Assembly: GCA_963845145.1 (NCBI GenBank)
Contig: CAWJQU010000017.1
Span: 64,001 to 128,000 of the forward strand
Direction: 5' to 3'
Source of the DNA: an uncultured delta proteobacterium
GTDB taxonomy: Bacteria; Desulfobacterota; Desulfobacteria; Desulfobacterales; QNYZ01
Length of the DNA stretch: 64,000 nucleotides
The notes beneath the pieces are model-generated. The model saw only the letters and a list, made by a program, of their open reading frames with translations. It did not search any database and was not told where the DNA came from. Positions 61,550-64,000 of the stretch are shown here, one piece after another. The position numbers were made by a program, and so were the translations under genes. Positions within the stretch are counted from its first letter, which is position 1; each line of letters begins with the position of its first letter.

Positions 61550-62749
61550 ATGATGGAATCGAATCAGGCAATTAAATTGGAACAGACATACGGCGCACAT
61601 AATTATAAACCACTCGATGTTGTTTTATGCCGGGGTGAGGGCGTTTGGGTGTGGGATGTGGCGGGGAATAAGTACCTGGATTGTCTTTCGGCGTATTCTG
61701 CTGTGAACCAGGGGCATTGCCACCCACGCATTTTGCAGGCGATGATAGATCAGGCATCCAATTTAACGCTCACATCGAGAGCTTTTCGAAGTGACCAGCT
61801 CGGCCTTTTTTACCAGGACCTTTGCCGACTAACCAACTCGCATAAGGTTTTACCCATGAATAGCGGTGCGGAGGCTGTTGAGTCGGCCATAAAAGTGGTT
61901 CGTAAGTGGGGCTATGCTGAAAAGAATGTCCCTGAAGAGAAAGCAGAAATCATCGTCTGCGAGAATAACTTTCACGGTCGGACAATCACCATTGTGGGCT
62001 TCAGTACCGATCCGAACGCACGCAAGGGCTTTGGACCGTTCACCCCGGGATTCAAGATCATCCCTTTCGGCGATTCATCCGCCCTGGAAGCGGCAATAAC
62101 GCCGAATACCGTCGGTTTTATGGTGGAACCCATTCAGGGTGAAGCCGGGGTTTTGATCCCGCCCCAAGGTTATTTGAAGTCCGTCAAGGATATTTGTCGG
62201 AAAAATAATGTTGTATTGATTCTGGACGAAATCCAAACCGGCCTGGGGCGAACCGGAAAACTTCTGGCCGAGGAACACGATGGGATAGAGGCGGATTTGA
62301 CCCTCATCGGGAAGGCCTTATCCGGTGGATTTTATCCGGTGTCAGCCGTTTTATCAAACCAGGAAGTCCTCGGTATTCTTCAACCCGGAGAGCATGGCAG
62401 TACCTTTGGCGGAAATCCGTTGGCCTGCGCCGTGAGCCGGATGGCTTTGAAAGTACTGGTAGAAGAGGGCATGATTGAAAATGCTGAGAAGATGGGCGCT
62501 TACTTTTTAAAGGGGCTTAAACAAATTGAAAGTTCGATTATTAAAGACCTACGGGGTAAGGGTTTGATGCTGGGCGTTGAACTGAGTTCGGATGCGGGCG
62601 GGGCAAGGTCCTATTGTGAGAAACTGATGGCCAAAGGGCTATTGTGCAAGGAGACCCATGATCATATTATTCGGTTCGCACCGCCTCTGGTCATTGATCG
62701 CGAGACCATCGACTGGGCTTTGGCGCAAATTGAAACGGTGTTAAAATAA
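61550..62749 (+). CDS. rocD: Ornithine--oxo-acid aminotransferase
   Basis: [62 protein letters not shown]. Confidence 0.96.
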   Translation: MMESNQAIKLEQTYGAHNYKPLDVVLCRGEGVWVWDVAGNKYLDCLSAYSAVNQGHCHPRILQAMIDQASNLTLTSRAFRSDQLGLFYQDLCRLTNSHKVLPMNSGAEAVESAIKVVRKWGYAEKNVPEEKAEIIVCENNFHGRTITIVGFSTDPNARKGFGPFTPGFKIIPFGDSSALEAAITPNTVGFMVEPIQGEAGVLIPPQGYLKSVKDICRKNNVVLILDEIQTGLGRTGKLLAEEHDGIEADLTLIGKALSGGFYPVSAVLSNQEVLGILQPGEHGSTFGGNPLACAVSRMALKVLVEEGMIENAEKMGAYFLKGLKQIESSIIKDLRGKGLMLGVELSSDAGGARSYCEKLMAKGLLCKETHDHIIRFAPPLVIDRETIDWALAQIETVLK

Positions 62750-62773
62750 GTATCAAACAGAAGGGGATTTATC

Positions 62774-64000
62774 ATGGTTGAGAAAGTAATTATAATGGGA
62801 GCGGCCGGGCGTGATTTTCATAACTTCAATGTCTACTTTCGAAATAATGACCGATACAAGGTGTTGGCATTTACGGCCACCCAGATTCCGGATATTGTCG
62901 GGCGCGTGTATCCGCCAGAGTTAGCTGGTTCATTGTATCCGAAAGGGGTGCCTATCCATTCCGATGAGAATTTGGCGGATATGATTAAAAATGGCCAAGT
63001 TGACCTGGTGGCCTTTTCCTATTCGGATGTCACGCATAACGAAGTGATGCACAAAGCCTCTATCGTAACCGCTGCCGGTGCCGACTTCATGATCATCGGC
63101 GCACCCTATACGATGTTAAAGTCGAATAAGAAGATTGTGTCTGTCTGTGCGGTTCGAACCGGTTGTGGAAAATCGCAAACCAGCCGCGAGGTGGTTCGTA
63201 TTCTCCAGGGCATGGGTAAAAAGGTTGTCACCATTCGCCACCCGATGCCTTATGGCGATTTGACCAAGCAGGTTGTGCAGCGTTTTTCAACTTATGAAGA
63301 TTTTGAGAAATATGATTGTACCATCGAAGAAAGAGAAGAGTACGAACCGGTCATAGACATGGGTTGCGTGATATATGCAGGCGTTGACTATGGTAAAATA
63401 TTGAAGGAAGCTGAAAAAGAAGCGGATGTTATTGTCTGGGATGGCGGTAATAACGATACGCCGTTTTATAAGCCGGATGTTCATATCGTGGTCTTCGATC
63501 CCCACCGGGCCGGTCATGAAACCAACTATCACCCTGGTGAGACAAATATGCTGATGGCCGACATCGCGCTGATCAACAAAGTCGATAGTGCTTTGGCCGA
63601 GAATGTCAATCAGGTCCAGGCGACCATAGAATCGAACAATCCCAAGGCATCGATAGTGTTGGCTGAATCAGAAGTGATTGCCGAGAATCCTGATGCCATT
63701 AAAGGCAAACAGGTCCTGGTAGTAGAAGACGGTCCCACCTTGACCCACGGTGAAATGAAGTATGGTGCGGGCGTTATCGCCGCCCAACGTCATGGCGCTG
63801 CCGGCATCGTTGATCCCAGACCGTATCTGGTCGGGTCGATTGTAAATACCTTTGAGGAATACCCCGAAATTGGCGCTGTTTTGCCGGCCATGGGCTATAG
63901 TGCGCAGCAAATAAGCGACTTGGAAGAGACGATCAATCGGACCGAATGCGATCTGGTTCTGTCGGCGACACCCATCGATCTTTCCCGCTTGATCAACGTT
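62774..64000 (+). CDS. COG2403 P-loop protein (cyclic 2,3-DPG synthetase-like / arginine synthetase ArcE-like); runs off the right edge, not in ORF track
   Basis: Read manually: MVEKVIIMGAAGRDFHNFNVYFR...FTATQIPDI.GR.YPPELAG...AVRTGCGKSQT...RHPMPYGDL...TIEEREEYEP...WDGGNND...VEDGPTLTHG...LPAMGY; no stop seen before the window end. Confidence 0.85.
   Translation, partial: MVEKVIIMGAAGRDFHNFNVYFRNNDRYKVLAFTATQIPDIVGRVYPPELAGSLYPKGVPIHSDENLADMIKNGQVDLVAFSYSDVTHNEVMHKASIVTAAGADFMIIGAPYTMLKSNKKIVSVCAVRTGCGKSQTSREVVRILQGMGKKVVTIRHPMPYGDLTKQVVQRFSTYEDFEKYDCTIEEREEYEPVIDMGCVIYAGVDYGKILKEAEKEADVIVWDGGNNDTPFYKPDVHIVVFDPHRAGHETNYHPGETNMLMADIALINKVDSALAENVNQVQATIESNNPKASIVLAESEVIAENPDAIKGKQVLVVEDGPTLTHGEMKYGAGVIAAQRHGAAGIVDPRPYLVGSIVNTFEEYPEIGAVLPAMGYSAQQISDLEETINRTECDLVLSATPIDLSRLINV

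Overview
Core-genome window from an anaerobic deltaproteobacterium; gene order and conserved hypotheticals look Desulfobacterales-like (inference). Housekeeping content includes pspF/pspABC, efp, guaA, larB, mrp, gdhA, cobT behind a cobalamin riboswitch, rpsF-rpsR-DUF2232-rplI-dnaB-hflX, purA, tadA, hup, tRNA-Pro(CGG) and tRNA-Arg(ACG). The standout is a ~14 kb divergent cluster (25.2-39.3 kb) that reads as a complete anaerobic nicotinamide/nicotinate catabolic system. It has a nicotinate dehydrogenase (NdhS/F plus fused L-M), 6-hydroxynicotinate reductase (1-nt frameshift in a G7 run), enamidase, a DUF1185 protein, a CoA-acylating aldehyde dehydrogenase that could convert 2-formylglutarate directly to glutaryl-CoA, a GntR with a candidate operator, a TRAP transporter, a signal-peptide-bearing nicotinamidase and an ApbE-like protein. 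Two genes missing from the ORF track were read directly: an outer-membrane beta-barrel at the left edge, and a COG2403 P-loop protein (arginine-synthetase-like) behind rocD at the right edge. The apparent 865-aa tRNA nucleotidyltransferase/DNA methylase fusion is most likely a 1-nt frameshift artefact. No CRISPR array, transposase or integrase was seen. All family assignments come from motif recognition, not database searches.
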